From Nitrospinales bacterium (lineage in GTDB: Bacteria > Nitrospinota > Nitrospinia > Nitrospinales > VA-1): DNA of 64,000 bases. This document shows positions 53,281 through 62,066 of this stretch, piece after piece (the stretch's first letter is position 1; the number at the start of each line of letters is the position of its first letter). Made by a program: the position numbers and the translations under genes. The notes beneath the pieces were generated by a model that worked only from the letters and a program-made list of their open reading frames with translations, was not told the origin of the DNA and ran no database searches. The stretch spans positions 512,001 to 576,000 of the forward strand of contig CBDCXL010000001.1 of assembly GCA_965223795.1 (NCBI GenBank), read 5' to 3'.

Positions 53281-53617
53281 TATTTTTCGTGTAAATGATC
53301 AAGCGGACACAGAAAATCGAATTTCTGGAACCCGAAAGGTAAAGGATTCAATTTTTAGCGCAATCATATCTCAATAAAATTTTTATGATAATAGTTTCTT
53401 TTAAATCTGCGCTGTTCGCCTTCCCCCTAGCATATTCCCCCATCCGATATTCAGAAATACCAATACACAATCAGAGCTAATTCGGAAAACCAATATTAAT
53501 AATAGGTTAAGTGTCATTGCGCCTGCATTTAATGTGTGGACATGTTTTTCTGATAAGTGGTATACGGAACCCAGGCAGCGTGTCGGGGGAAAACTTCAAA
53601 CCTTGTGGAGGTATAAA

Positions 53618-53830
53618 ATGGCACACACAGAGTTGCAGGAAGCAATCGAACGGTTGACCCTGGATGAGGATTACCGGAAATCGCTGGTGTCCGATTCCGA
53701 AAAAATCATGGTCGATTATGGATTGGATGAAGACGGTATGCTGGCCATTCGATCCGTCGATGCCATCGGGATTCAAAAGGACCATTTGAGGCCCGTTGCG
53801 ATTTGCTGCACTTGCTGGGCCGCAGAGTGA
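53618..53830 (+). CDS. RiPP precursor peptide (70 aa), NHLP-clan-like helical leader, Cys/Thr-rich C-terminal core
   Basis: RBS GGAGG; MAHTELQEAIERLTLDEDYRKSLVSDSEKIMVDYGLDEDGMLAIRSVDAIGIQKDHLRPVAICCTCWAAE; first gene of the YcaO operon. Confidence 0.82.
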   Translation: MAHTELQEAIERLTLDEDYRKSLVSDSEKIMVDYGLDEDGMLAIRSVDAIGIQKDHLRPVAICCTCWAAE

Positions 53831-53923
53831 ATGCGTCATCATCAGATTCAATGGTTTCACAGCAACCTGAATTGCCTCAATAAAGATCTGAAATTTTTGC
53901 TCCCGATGCAGTGAGAGGGCGGA

Positions 53924-54988
53924 ATGAAATCGGCTTTAAAATACGCGACGATTCCTTTACCGGAAAAGCCCAGACTGGCACCCTGGGTGACGGTGATCGA
54001 TTTGGGAGACGACCGGATTCAATTCCGGGGAGCTGAATTCGCTTTCACGCTCCGGCACGATCTCTTCATCGGTGCGTTTGAAGCCGTCCGCCCCCTTCTG
54101 AACGGTCAGCATAAATTGGAAGAGATCACGGCTTCAGGCGGTGAAATTTATTTACCCACAACGATTTCCTTCCTGCTTAAGATTCTTCGTGCAAACGGAC
54201 TTTTGCAGGAAGGAAACGTCCCCCCTCCATTCCCTCTCAATCCCGAAGACCTTACGGAATATGAAAAGCAGATTCAGTTTTTCTCGCATTATTTGAACAA
54301 TCCGGTGGGAGCATTGGCATCGCTGCGTGAAGCTCGAATTGCCCTGATCGGTGAGGAAATTCTATTGGAGGCCATACAGAATGCGTTGGCAGGCATGGGG
54401 GCGCGTCCCGTCACGCTCGACTTTGAAAGCCTGGAGTCGATGTTTTCTTCGCGGCTGAAGAAAAGCGACAAGGCTTCTGCCGGGAACCTGAACTATTTGA
54501 TCGCCTGCGAGAGATCGCCGTCCTTTCAGTTTTTTGAAAAAATCAATGCTCTCTGTCTGGAGCAACAGATGCGCTGGATTCGGGTTGCTTTAGAAGGAAC
54601 CACGGCAGTCATGGGGCCGGCTATCATACCGCATCAGTCCGCCTGTTATGTTTGCTATGAAGGACGGATCGCCTCCAATATTCAGGAGCAGGAAGAATAC
54701 CTTGCCTTCAAAGAACACCTCGAAAATAATTCCCCACACCCCGACGAGGGCTTTCCGCTCCCCCTGATAGACGTGGTTGCAGGCCAGACCGCTCTTGAGG
54801 TGGTGAGACAGATCACGGGATTCGCGCCGCCCCATACCATCGGTCGGTTCTACGAATTCAAAAGCATCTCGCCTGCCGGCGTCGGACACACCGTTCTGCG
54901 GCTACCCCGCTGCCCGGCCTGCCATTCGTCACAACCCAGGCAGGAAGCCTGGGACCAGACCATTTTTCTTTCAAAGCAGGCCCCTTGA
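53924..54988 (+). CDS. TOMM leader-binding protein (RRE + E1/ThiF-like cyclodehydratase partner)
   Basis: N-terminal winged-helix/RRE-like segment (PLLNGQHKLEEI...LRANGLL); MGPAIIPHQSACYVCY and RLPRCPAC Zn-type motifs. Confidence 0.88.
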   Translation: MKSALKYATIPLPEKPRLAPWVTVIDLGDDRIQFRGAEFAFTLRHDLFIGAFEAVRPLLNGQHKLEEITASGGEIYLPTTISFLLKILRANGLLQEGNVPPPFPLNPEDLTEYEKQIQFFSHYLNNPVGALASLREARIALIGEEILLEAIQNALAGMGARPVTLDFESLESMFSSRLKKSDKASAGNLNYLIACERSPSFQFFEKINALCLEQQMRWIRVALEGTTAVMGPAIIPHQSACYVCYEGRIASNIQEQEEYLAFKEHLENNSPHPDEGFPLPLIDVVAGQTALEVVRQITGFAPPHTIGRFYEFKSISPAGVGHTVLRLPRCPACHSSQPRQEAWDQTIFLSKQAP

Positions 54989-56355
54989 ACCCTTCACTCA
55001 TATCCCTCAAGAACCTGAAGGAGGGTCCGGACACTCTAATTTCAGAAGGGCTGAAGCGCGCCCAGCGGCTGGTGAGCGATCGTTCGGGGGTCATCTCCAA
55101 GGTCGATTTTGAAGAGCTTTTTCCCGGTGAGCCACAGGTGTTTTTCTCTCATAGTGAACCGGCGGACATGTCCGCCTTTTGCGGGCAGAAGGCCTTAAAT
55201 TATGGCGATGCCGCTTCGGTAGACCCGGACCGCGCCATCATGAAGGCGATCGGAGAAAGCGTCGAGAGATACTGTTCCGGCCAATATGATAAAGAAGAAA
55301 TGCCGATTGCCACCTATGAGGAAATGGGCGAGGAAGCCGTCGATCCACGATCCTTTGCCCTGTTCAGCGATCAACAATACGCGGCCCCGGACTTCCCTTT
55401 CACGCCACTCACACCCCGAACCCCGATCCGTTGGACACTGGGTTTTTCCCTGCGCGATGAAACACCGCGCTGGGTTCCGGCTGCTTTTGTCTATGTGCCG
55501 TATCAATTCGACAGGCCCGGGGAGCCCGTGTTTTTCAATCCCATCTCCACAGGTCTGGCCTGCGGGACCACTTTGACGGCGGCGTTGTACAAGAGCATCC
55601 TGGAAGTGATCGAACGCGATTTTTTCATGATCGTGTGGAAGAACCGGCTGCCCGTTCGCCGAATCGATCCCTGGAGTTCGCGGGATCCCTTTGTCCGGCA
55701 ACTGCTGGAGGCTCTGCCAGAAATATCTCTCGAATGCCAGGCGAACTACCTGGCTCTCGACATGGATGTGGCAGTGATCTCCGTGCTATTCAAAACACGC
55801 ATCGACACAACGCCCCATACCATTATGGGCATCGGCGCCGATCTTGATCCCGACCGGGCCCTCATCCAGGCCCTGGAGGAAGCGTACCTGACTTTTCTTG
55901 GAATGCATCGATACGCCCTTTTGAAGGAGGACTTCAAACCCGATCCCGATTTCGGCAATATCACGACACCCACTTTGCACGCGCTGGCCCATGCGGTGAG
56001 CCCCTCTCTTCGACCGACCACGGATTTTCTCAAGACCTCGAAGACAATACTTCCCATGTCCGAGCTTGCCAATGAATCGACGGGCAGCCGCATCAAGGAT
56101 GTCAAGAAACTGATCGCGATGCTGGGAAAACAGGGGCTGGATGTCATCAGCTTCGATCTGACGACAGAGGATATCGACGATGCCGGGTTCAAGGTCGTCC
56201 GCTCCATCATTCCCGGCATGCAGCCATTGGACAACAACCACGGCAGGCGCTACCTCGGCGGCCGCAGACTGTATGATGTGCCCGTGAATCTGGGCTTGTT
56301 GAGCGAATCCTTAACAGAAAAAAAACTCAATCCGCATCCTCATCCCTTTCCATAA
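54985..56355 (+). CDS. YcaO cyclodehydratase
   Basis: KAIGESVERY, STGLACG, LEVIERD, VVRSIIPGMQP, C-terminal NPHPHPFP (PxPxP). Confidence 0.95.
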   Translation: MNPSLISLKNLKEGPDTLISEGLKRAQRLVSDRSGVISKVDFEELFPGEPQVFFSHSEPADMSAFCGQKALNYGDAASVDPDRAIMKAIGESVERYCSGQYDKEEMPIATYEEMGEEAVDPRSFALFSDQQYAAPDFPFTPLTPRTPIRWTLGFSLRDETPRWVPAAFVYVPYQFDRPGEPVFFNPISTGLACGTTLTAALYKSILEVIERDFFMIVWKNRLPVRRIDPWSSRDPFVRQLLEALPEISLECQANYLALDMDVAVISVLFKTRIDTTPHTIMGIGADLDPDRALIQALEEAYLTFLGMHRYALLKEDFKPDPDFGNITTPTLHALAHAVSPSLRPTTDFLKTSKTILPMSELANESTGSRIKDVKKLIAMLGKQGLDVISFDLTTEDIDDAGFKVVRSIIPGMQPLDNNHGRRYLGGRRLYDVPVNLGLLSESLTEKKLNPHPHPFP

Positions 56356-56375
56356 CCCCATTCGGAGATGTCACC

Positions 56376-57200
56376 ATGACAGGAATCATCGTTCAACCTG
56401 CAGAGATCGGCCCGAAAAAAGAATCATCGGCGGCCGTGTCCGTTTCCGAGCTCTTTCATGAAAACACCAAGCTGCAGCCGTCTCTGCCTGCGGATATGAT
56501 CGCGGCGGGCAGCTACACGGATGCGGAAATTCAGGCCATGTCCAGGGGGTTCAAGCAGTACAAACTGTTTCCGCAAATTCCGTTGCCATCCAGAGAGGAA
56601 TGGTCGCCGGTCAAGCGGAGTTACGACGATGTGATCGAATCGCGCAGGTCGGTGAGAGAATTCTCAGATTGCGAAATGAAACTCGAGGATCTTTCCAGGG
56701 TGCTGCACCAGAGCTACGGCATCACCGGAGAAATCCGGCGGCCGGAGGACGGGACGCTCCCCCTGCGTGCGGCTCCTTCGGGAGGCGCTCTCTATCCCGC
56801 TGAAATTTATCTGGGCATTCGCAATGTTTCCGGACTCCAACCTGGCATTTATCACTACAACGTCCCCGACCATGCGCTGGAGCTTCTGATTTCCGGGGAT
56901 CCTGCATCATCGCTCTTTGAGATCTGCTGCGGACAGAAGTACGTCCGGCAGGCGGCGGCCACGGTTCTCATATCCGGCGTGCTGCAACGTACCAAGCGGA
57001 AATATGGAGAAAGAGGTTACCGCTACGTCCTTCTGGACATCGGGCATCTCGGACAGAATATTTATCTTGCCTGCACCGCATTGGACCTTGCCGTGATGAC
57101 GACCTGCGGGTTTTATGACGACAGGGCCAACCAGCTGCTCAGCCTGGATGGCATCCAGGAAACCATGATGTATGTGGCTTTTTTAGGACCTAGAAATTGA
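56376..57200 (+). CDS. SagB/ThcOx family FMN-dependent azoline dehydrogenase
   Basis: ELFHENTK, RRSVREF, RAAPSGGALYP, GIYHY, KYGERGYRY, GHLGQN. Confidence 0.93.
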   Translation: MTGIIVQPAEIGPKKESSAAVSVSELFHENTKLQPSLPADMIAAGSYTDAEIQAMSRGFKQYKLFPQIPLPSREEWSPVKRSYDDVIESRRSVREFSDCEMKLEDLSRVLHQSYGITGEIRRPEDGTLPLRAAPSGGALYPAEIYLGIRNVSGLQPGIYHYNVPDHALELLISGDPASSLFEICCGQKYVRQAAATVLISGVLQRTKRKYGERGYRYVLLDIGHLGQNIYLACTALDLAVMTTCGFYDDRANQLLSLDGIQETMMYVAFLGPRN

Positions 57201-57378
57201 TTTTGGAAGAAGTGAATTTCGCCCCTCCGCTTTTGGCGGGATTTTGAGTTGTTCGCCCGCTTTCAGTCCCCTACCCTGCCATCCTATATGTGTGACTCGT
57301 GTTTAAGGGCCGGGGGATCTGTGTCGATGCAAGCGCCCGCCTCAGGTTGGAAATAGAATCATTACTAAGGGAGTGGAA

Positions 57379-58455
57379 ATGTCAAAAAGCAACCGGAGAG
57401 ACTTTCTAAAAAAACTCACGTTGGGATCTTCCGCCCTGGCCGGAATGACGGCATTCCCGGCATTGGCCTTTGCGGCAAAACAATCCGAACAACGTGTCGC
57501 GATGGGTGTCTTCGACCGTTATGTGACCAAACACGGAAACGATAACAACGACGGCCTCTCGTGGCAGACCGCCAAGCTGACTGTGAATGGTGCGGTCTCT
57601 TCATTGCCAGATGAGGCTTCCGGCGTTGAACAGCGAAAGCACGGAGACGTGTTCATCGCCAACGGGAAGTACATCGAGGACGACACGATTGAGATGTCCT
57701 CGAACATCCGGTTTCACGGGTCCGGTGTCCCCAACGACCCCACCGCTGTGAATGGCACCATCATCAAGCTGGCGGACGGGGTGAACAAACATCTGTTCGG
57801 CCCGCGTGCCACTTTCAAGGATTATGCACATGCGGTGATCCTCAGCAATCTGCTTCTCGACGGCAACCGCGACAACCAGACAGAAACCGATATTGATATC
57901 CTGCATTTTGAGAAACCCGGATTCAACACGTCCGTTCAAAATGTCCATTTCCACAATGCCAAACGGACCGCCATCTACGTGAATGAAGTCGCGATCAATC
58001 TGCATGGGTTCAACGTGACTGGAGCCAGTTGCGGCGGGTTTCTGTTTGTCAATTCGGTTGCCAACGCCAACTTAGGGATGATTTCCTTTTACGGAGTTCA
58101 GATCGACGATTGCGGGCCTTATCCCTTTGAGATTGAATCCCTCAGCAACGGAGTCAACCAGCTGGCAATACACGGTCTGGAATCAGAAGCAAGCCTTGCC
58201 GGAGAACATCAAGCCATTATTCGGTACATACCCAAAGGGGGAGCCAATGGCTGGTATTTCACGCTGGATGCCTTTGCCTGCTGGCGGGCGGTGGAAAATA
58301 TCGGCTCAGGACAGGCTGTTTTATTGATAGAGAACGGGACGGGAGGCTGGCCGCACGGCTCTTACCGGAGTTTGATCCAGGACAACTACGACCACGTGTA
58401 CCGCAATCGGCAAAACGGTGCGACAAATTCTGAAAGGACCTGGTTTACTTTTTAG
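57379..58455 (+). CDS. Tat-exported right-handed beta-helix (pectin lyase-like) protein
   Basis: Twin-arginine SNRRDFLK and AFA cleavage site; YVTKHGNDNNDGLSW, GKY, GTIIKL, LSNLLLDGN. Confidence 0.75.
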   Translation: MSKSNRRDFLKKLTLGSSALAGMTAFPALAFAAKQSEQRVAMGVFDRYVTKHGNDNNDGLSWQTAKLTVNGAVSSLPDEASGVEQRKHGDVFIANGKYIEDDTIEMSSNIRFHGSGVPNDPTAVNGTIIKLADGVNKHLFGPRATFKDYAHAVILSNLLLDGNRDNQTETDIDILHFEKPGFNTSVQNVHFHNAKRTAIYVNEVAINLHGFNVTGASCGGFLFVNSVANANLGMISFYGVQIDDCGPYPFEIESLSNGVNQLAIHGLESEASLAGEHQAIIRYIPKGGANGWYFTLDAFACWRAVENIGSGQAVLLIENGTGGWPHGSYRSLIQDNYDHVYRNRQNGATNSERTWFTF

Positions 58456-58739
58456 AAGAGCTTCTCCTGATGTTTGCACTTTTAAAAAAGCAAAATCGGT
58501 AAGTTGAATTCCGGGACTGAGAAAACCGACGATATTAAAAAAACCGGGCCCCAAAGAATCCGGCAATCTAGTTGCTATCAAGTCTAGTAAAATTTTTATC
58601 CGCTCTTTGTAATTCCCAAACGCTTTTAGTGATTCAATGCATGGTTGTATGCATGGAACCATGCACTCCTTTTCGATAAATAAATTCCATCCAATCGATA
58701 AGTCTCCACAAACAAATCGAAATATTTTAAAAATAGATT

Positions 58740-58755
58740 TGGCATATCTATTGCT
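58740..58755 (+). promoter_or_regulatory. Sigma54 (-24/-12) promoter candidate
   Basis: TGGCAT-ATCTA-TTGCT with GG-N10-GC spacing, 70 bp upstream of ATG 58825. Confidence 0.65.
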
Positions 58756-58824
58756 AGATAATATGCAAGCCAATACCCCCTTATTGAGCCCTCATTAATA
58801 ATCACTCATTAAGGAGGTTTAACA

Positions 58825-59229
58825 ATGAAAACATCAATTCAGTTAAAGGGAATCGCACTGGCAGTAGTCATGACTATTTCGATGATTGGTGACACGGCGT
58901 ACGGTGCAACATCGAAGAGGGGCTTACAGACAAATCCGACGACTATGAATTCACATTCAGGGTCGAATTGGGGACAATATCTACATTGTCTCAAATTGCA
59001 GAAAAGCGGGAACAGGATTTTTTGTGCAAAACCCGTCAGTCCCCCGGCATTCCACCCACCCAAATATGGATTTGGACCTGGTTTGCTGCCTCCAAATCAA
59101 TATTCAAGTTATCCCAAGTTCGAGATTACCAACCCATGCGGCCAAAAAATCGACAGGATGACCCAAGATGGCTGCATGGCAGGAGAAACCCCTGAAATTC
59201 GCATAGTGAAACCTCCTACGCAGAATTGA
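58825..59229 (+). CDS. Secreted hypothetical protein (4 Cys, Pro-rich middle)
   Basis: RBS TAAGGAGG; signal-like N-terminus. Confidence 0.7.
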   Translation: MKTSIQLKGIALAVVMTISMIGDTAYGATSKRGLQTNPTTMNSHSGSNWGQYLHCLKLQKSGNRIFCAKPVSPPAFHPPKYGFGPGLLPPNQYSSYPKFEITNPCGQKIDRMTQDGCMAGETPEIRIVKPPTQN

Positions 59230-59364
59230 CTGTCAGCATCGAAACGGTAAAAGAAACGAATTGATTCACGGTTAATTTTCTGGCCTCCTGACCCAATTTT
59301 GTTTGGGGGATCTCGCAGGAATTTTTATGGTTCATGAGCTCGAAGGTTTCTGGGGTAGCGGGTG

Positions 59365-59390
59365 TCGACTCCTCTCGGGCGTGCCATTTA
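59365..59390 (+). repeat. attR-like direct repeat of tRNA-Arg 3' end
   Basis: Identical to 41541-41566; followed by hairpin AAACAGGC...GCCTGTTT. Confidence 0.92.
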
Positions 59391-59517
59391 TAAACAGGCC
59401 TTGGGCGGATTCCCGCCGGGTTGCCTGTTTTGCCTTTCGCGTCTATTCTGTTTCCGCTGGGCACTATTCATGAGATTTTGATCTTACTTTCCATTGTGTG
59501 ATTTCTTCTTAGGGAAA

Positions 59518-59985
59518 ATGGAGCAGTTAGTTTATCGAGCCATGAAACCTGATGAAGCGCAAAAGGTCTGTAATCTGGTGCGTCAGGTGTTCGACAAAAA
59601 AATCCGGCGGGAATTTGGACAGGAAGGTGTGGACGAGTTCTTCCGCTTCGCCAATGCCAGCGCCATGCAGGATCGGATTCAGTCCGGCGGCTTCGTCCTG
59701 GTGGCCTGGTCATCGGATGAGCCCGTTGGCATGCTGGAATTTGTACCGCCTGACCGGATCGCCATGCTGTTTGTCCTGCTTGAAGGAAAAGGAATCGCGA
59801 AAGAGCTGCTGGCCCAAGCAGTCACTAAGGCGCGGTCCGAAAATCCGGACATGGACAAGCTGACCGTCCATGCGTCCCGTTATGCGGAACCGATCTACCG
59901 GAAACTTGGGTTTCGTCCAGCCGGAGGTATGAGGACAGAATGCGGGATCTCTTACATTCCTATGGAACGGATTGTTCAGGTTTGA
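59518..59985 (+). CDS. GNAT family N-acetyltransferase
   Basis: IAMLFV, GKGIAKELL, LTVHASRYAEPIYRKLGF. Confidence 0.88.
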   Translation: MEQLVYRAMKPDEAQKVCNLVRQVFDKKIRREFGQEGVDEFFRFANASAMQDRIQSGGFVLVAWSSDEPVGMLEFVPPDRIAMLFVLLEGKGIAKELLAQAVTKARSENPDMDKLTVHASRYAEPIYRKLGFRPAGGMRTECGISYIPMERIVQV

Positions 59986-60059
59986 TTTTTTAAGTAGGCC
60001 TCGTCGAGGCTGGACGGTTGTCTGCTTCAGGACGATTGCAGCCGTTCGGCAGGACCCGT

Positions 60060-60833
60060 TCAGCGGAGGACGCTGGTTAATTTCTTATCCCGTCGGGACC
60101 AGAATTTTTTGTGGGCAGGCAGCCTGTATGCCACTAATTGATTGAAGGCAAGAACCGCATAGATGAAGGCGTAGTTGGTTTCCTTAAGCTCATTGATGGA
60201 TCTCATGAACTTGCTGGGGGAACCGAGGAAGGAATGATTGAACGTGTGGAAGACAACGTAGTTCGCCAGAACCAGTCCGCCCATCCATAAGGGAATGACG
60301 GGCATTTGGATTTTCTTAATAAATTGACGCAGCGCCGCTGAATAACGATCCATAAGCGGAATTGCGATGAAAATGAAAAATGTAAAAATCGTGAACAGCC
60401 GGGTGAGGACGAACAATTTCTCGAATCCGGATTTTTTACTTCCATCCACATTGTCCGCGTAAAACATCCAGAGGTTGTGGACGTTGGTCTCCTGCTGGGC
60501 GTTTATTTTTTTTAACGCCTCCGGAGTTTCCCAGTCCCAGATGCGCTGCCCCCAACTGATCTCTTCCCCAAAGCAGACAAAGAGAATGATTGCCAGAAGC
60601 AGATAGTAGTATTTTGAAGGGCTCTGCGGTACGGGGATATCATTTTCCCGGTTCGTTTTGCCCGCTAATACGAAACAAACAAACAGCATGCAGGATGCTA
60701 ACAGAAAAAAACCTGCCCCCAGGCTTTCAATCCATCCATCTTCTTGTCCCAGCGCAATGACGCTTTCCGGATCGAGAAACGAATAGAAATAGGAAGTTAT
60801 GAGTACGGCAAAGATCAGGAGCTTGATTTTCAT
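60060..60833 (-). CDS. Hypothetical integral membrane protein
   Basis: Multi-TM; EDGWIE, GEEISWGQRI, NAQQETNVHN motifs. Confidence 0.8.
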   Translation of the reverse strand: MKIKLLIFAVLITSYFYSFLDPESVIALGQEDGWIESLGAGFFLLASCMLFVCFVLAGKTNRENDIPVPQSPSKYYYLLLAIILFVCFGEEISWGQRIWDWETPEALKKINAQQETNVHNLWMFYADNVDGSKKSGFEKLFVLTRLFTIFTFFIFIAIPLMDRYSAALRQFIKKIQMPVIPLWMGGLVLANYVVFHTFNHSFLGSPSKFMRSINELKETNYAFIYAVLAFNQLVAYRLPAHKKFWSRRDKKLTSVLR

Positions 60834-61155
60834 CTCAGCAGATCCTTTAAAAGAATGCTATCCATCCACCAAGATATTGAAGGTCCATCACAGCCCGGTT
60901 CGGGTTCTGTCACGGTTGTGTCAATAAGCCTAAAAAGATTCAGCCGTATGAGGAGTCTCTGACGGAGGTGTGATTTTGCAATGGAAATAGCCGGGTATTT
61001 TTTCGGGCCGGGGCGAAAGACCGAAGCTCTGGCGGGATTTTAAGCGGCATGCGGCTGCCGATGGAAGCAGTCAACCCCCGGTTTTACAGGTATTTTTGAC
61101 ACAACCGGGATTTTTCCCGCCGTATTCCATGTCCTGAACGTTTCCGGATTCCGCT

Positions 61156-61350
61156 TCAATCTTCCTTTTTTTCAATACCCTTGATGATGGACCGGCCTTG
61201 CGGAGCGTTGTTTCTAAGGTGCTCCCGGACCAGCATGACCGCATGGTTGTCGTCCATCGCTTTCATGAAATAACAAAACTCATCTTCGGCATCGTCCTTT
61301 TCATGTTTCAACACACCGGAAATTTTAAAGCAGAATTGTTTGGGCGGCAC
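61156..61350 (-). CDS. Small hypothetical protein (64 aa)
   Basis: GTG start after GGAG; plausible composition. Confidence 0.55.
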   Translation of the reverse strand: MPPKQFCFKISGVLKHEKDDAEDEFCYFMKAMDDNHAVMLVREHLRNNAPQGRSIIKGIEKKED

Positions 61351-61656
61351 GGTTCACTCCAATCCTTTGCCTGAATTTAACAATCGCATCCCTGCCTGTT
61401 TTGCACTGTAGCTATAGCATAATTTCAGCAATCCGGCGCATCCGTTAAAGCCGCCCGGTTCGCCGCACGCCGATCTCACGGATCTTGTAATTCCCAATGC
61501 CCCCGGCAAGAATCGGTCGTTTTTTAAAACAGGAGCCCTCATGGAGAAACAATCCATGCATGGTCCATGCATGGAAAACCCGGCATCCCGCTTCCACGCC
61601 ACAGCGGTTGAACGCCTAACTTTCCGCTTTAAAAGGAAAATCCCGTTCCTTGCATT

Positions 61657-61672
61657 TGGTATGCAAATTGAA
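61657..61672 (+). promoter_or_regulatory. Degenerate sigma54-like promoter candidate
   Basis: TGGTAT-GCAAA-TTGAA (GG-N10-GA). Confidence 0.35.
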
Positions 61673-61736
61673 GCTTAAAGCATCAGGCAGGAGGAGCGTT
61701 TAATCCATTGTGGCAATGGGGGTGCAACCACCTGGC

Positions 61737-62066
61737 ATGAGAAAAATAAAAACCATCTCATTCATATTGATACTGTCCCTGCTTCTGGTTTCCGCAAATG
61801 GTTCGGGTTACAGTTTTGAATACAACGGTGGTGTTCCGCTGACGCCGCCTCGTTCTATGAGTCCGGATACGGGCAACGGCAAAGAATTGTTGAAGAAAGA
61901 AACCCCGCTCAAAAAAGTGGACGCCATTTTTGAGATGAACCTTCTCGAGCTGATGAAAATGGACGTTTTTAATGCGCAACATCCCGGCCCGGAGCGGAAT
62001 CGGGAACATGCAGGCCCTAACGTCAAACCGGAAAAGACGCAACAAGATCCATCGGGCATTGAATGA
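61737..62066 (+). CDS. Small secreted protein carrying a TonB-receptor-like N-terminal motif
   Basis: Signal peptide MRKIKTISFILILSLLLVSA; AIFEMNLLELMKMDV. Confidence 0.6.
   Translation: MRKIKTISFILILSLLLVSANGSGYSFEYNGGVPLTPPRSMSPDTGNGKELLKKETPLKKVDAIFEMNLLELMKMDVFNAQHPGPERNREHAGPNVKPEKTQQDPSGIE

Larger units (their letters stand above)
41541..59390. mobile_element. Genomic island integrated at tRNA-Arg(CCG), no integrase recognised
   Basis: Perfect 26-bp direct repeat TCGACTCCTCTCGGGCGTGCCATTTA at 41541-41566 and 59365-59390; abrupt shift to AT-rich DNA after the tRNA; accessory gene content. Confidence 0.88.

Noticed and set aside
53828..53914. Selenocysteine or readthrough extension of the RiPP precursor (in-frame 27-codon ORF after TGA, with a weak hairpin)
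   Set aside because: The TGA is not in a Cys-equivalent position, the hairpin is weak and unlike a clear bacterial SECIS, and a 27-codon open stretch is expected by chance.
59341..59390. Second tRNA gene
   Set aside because: Only the 3' 22 nt of the tRNA plus 4 nt are present, with no D or anticodon arm; it is an att repeat.
60990..61070. Possible c-di-GMP-I riboswitch (GCGAAAG loop)
   Set aside because: The GGCAAAC / GACGCAAAGC core and a convincing second stem are missing.
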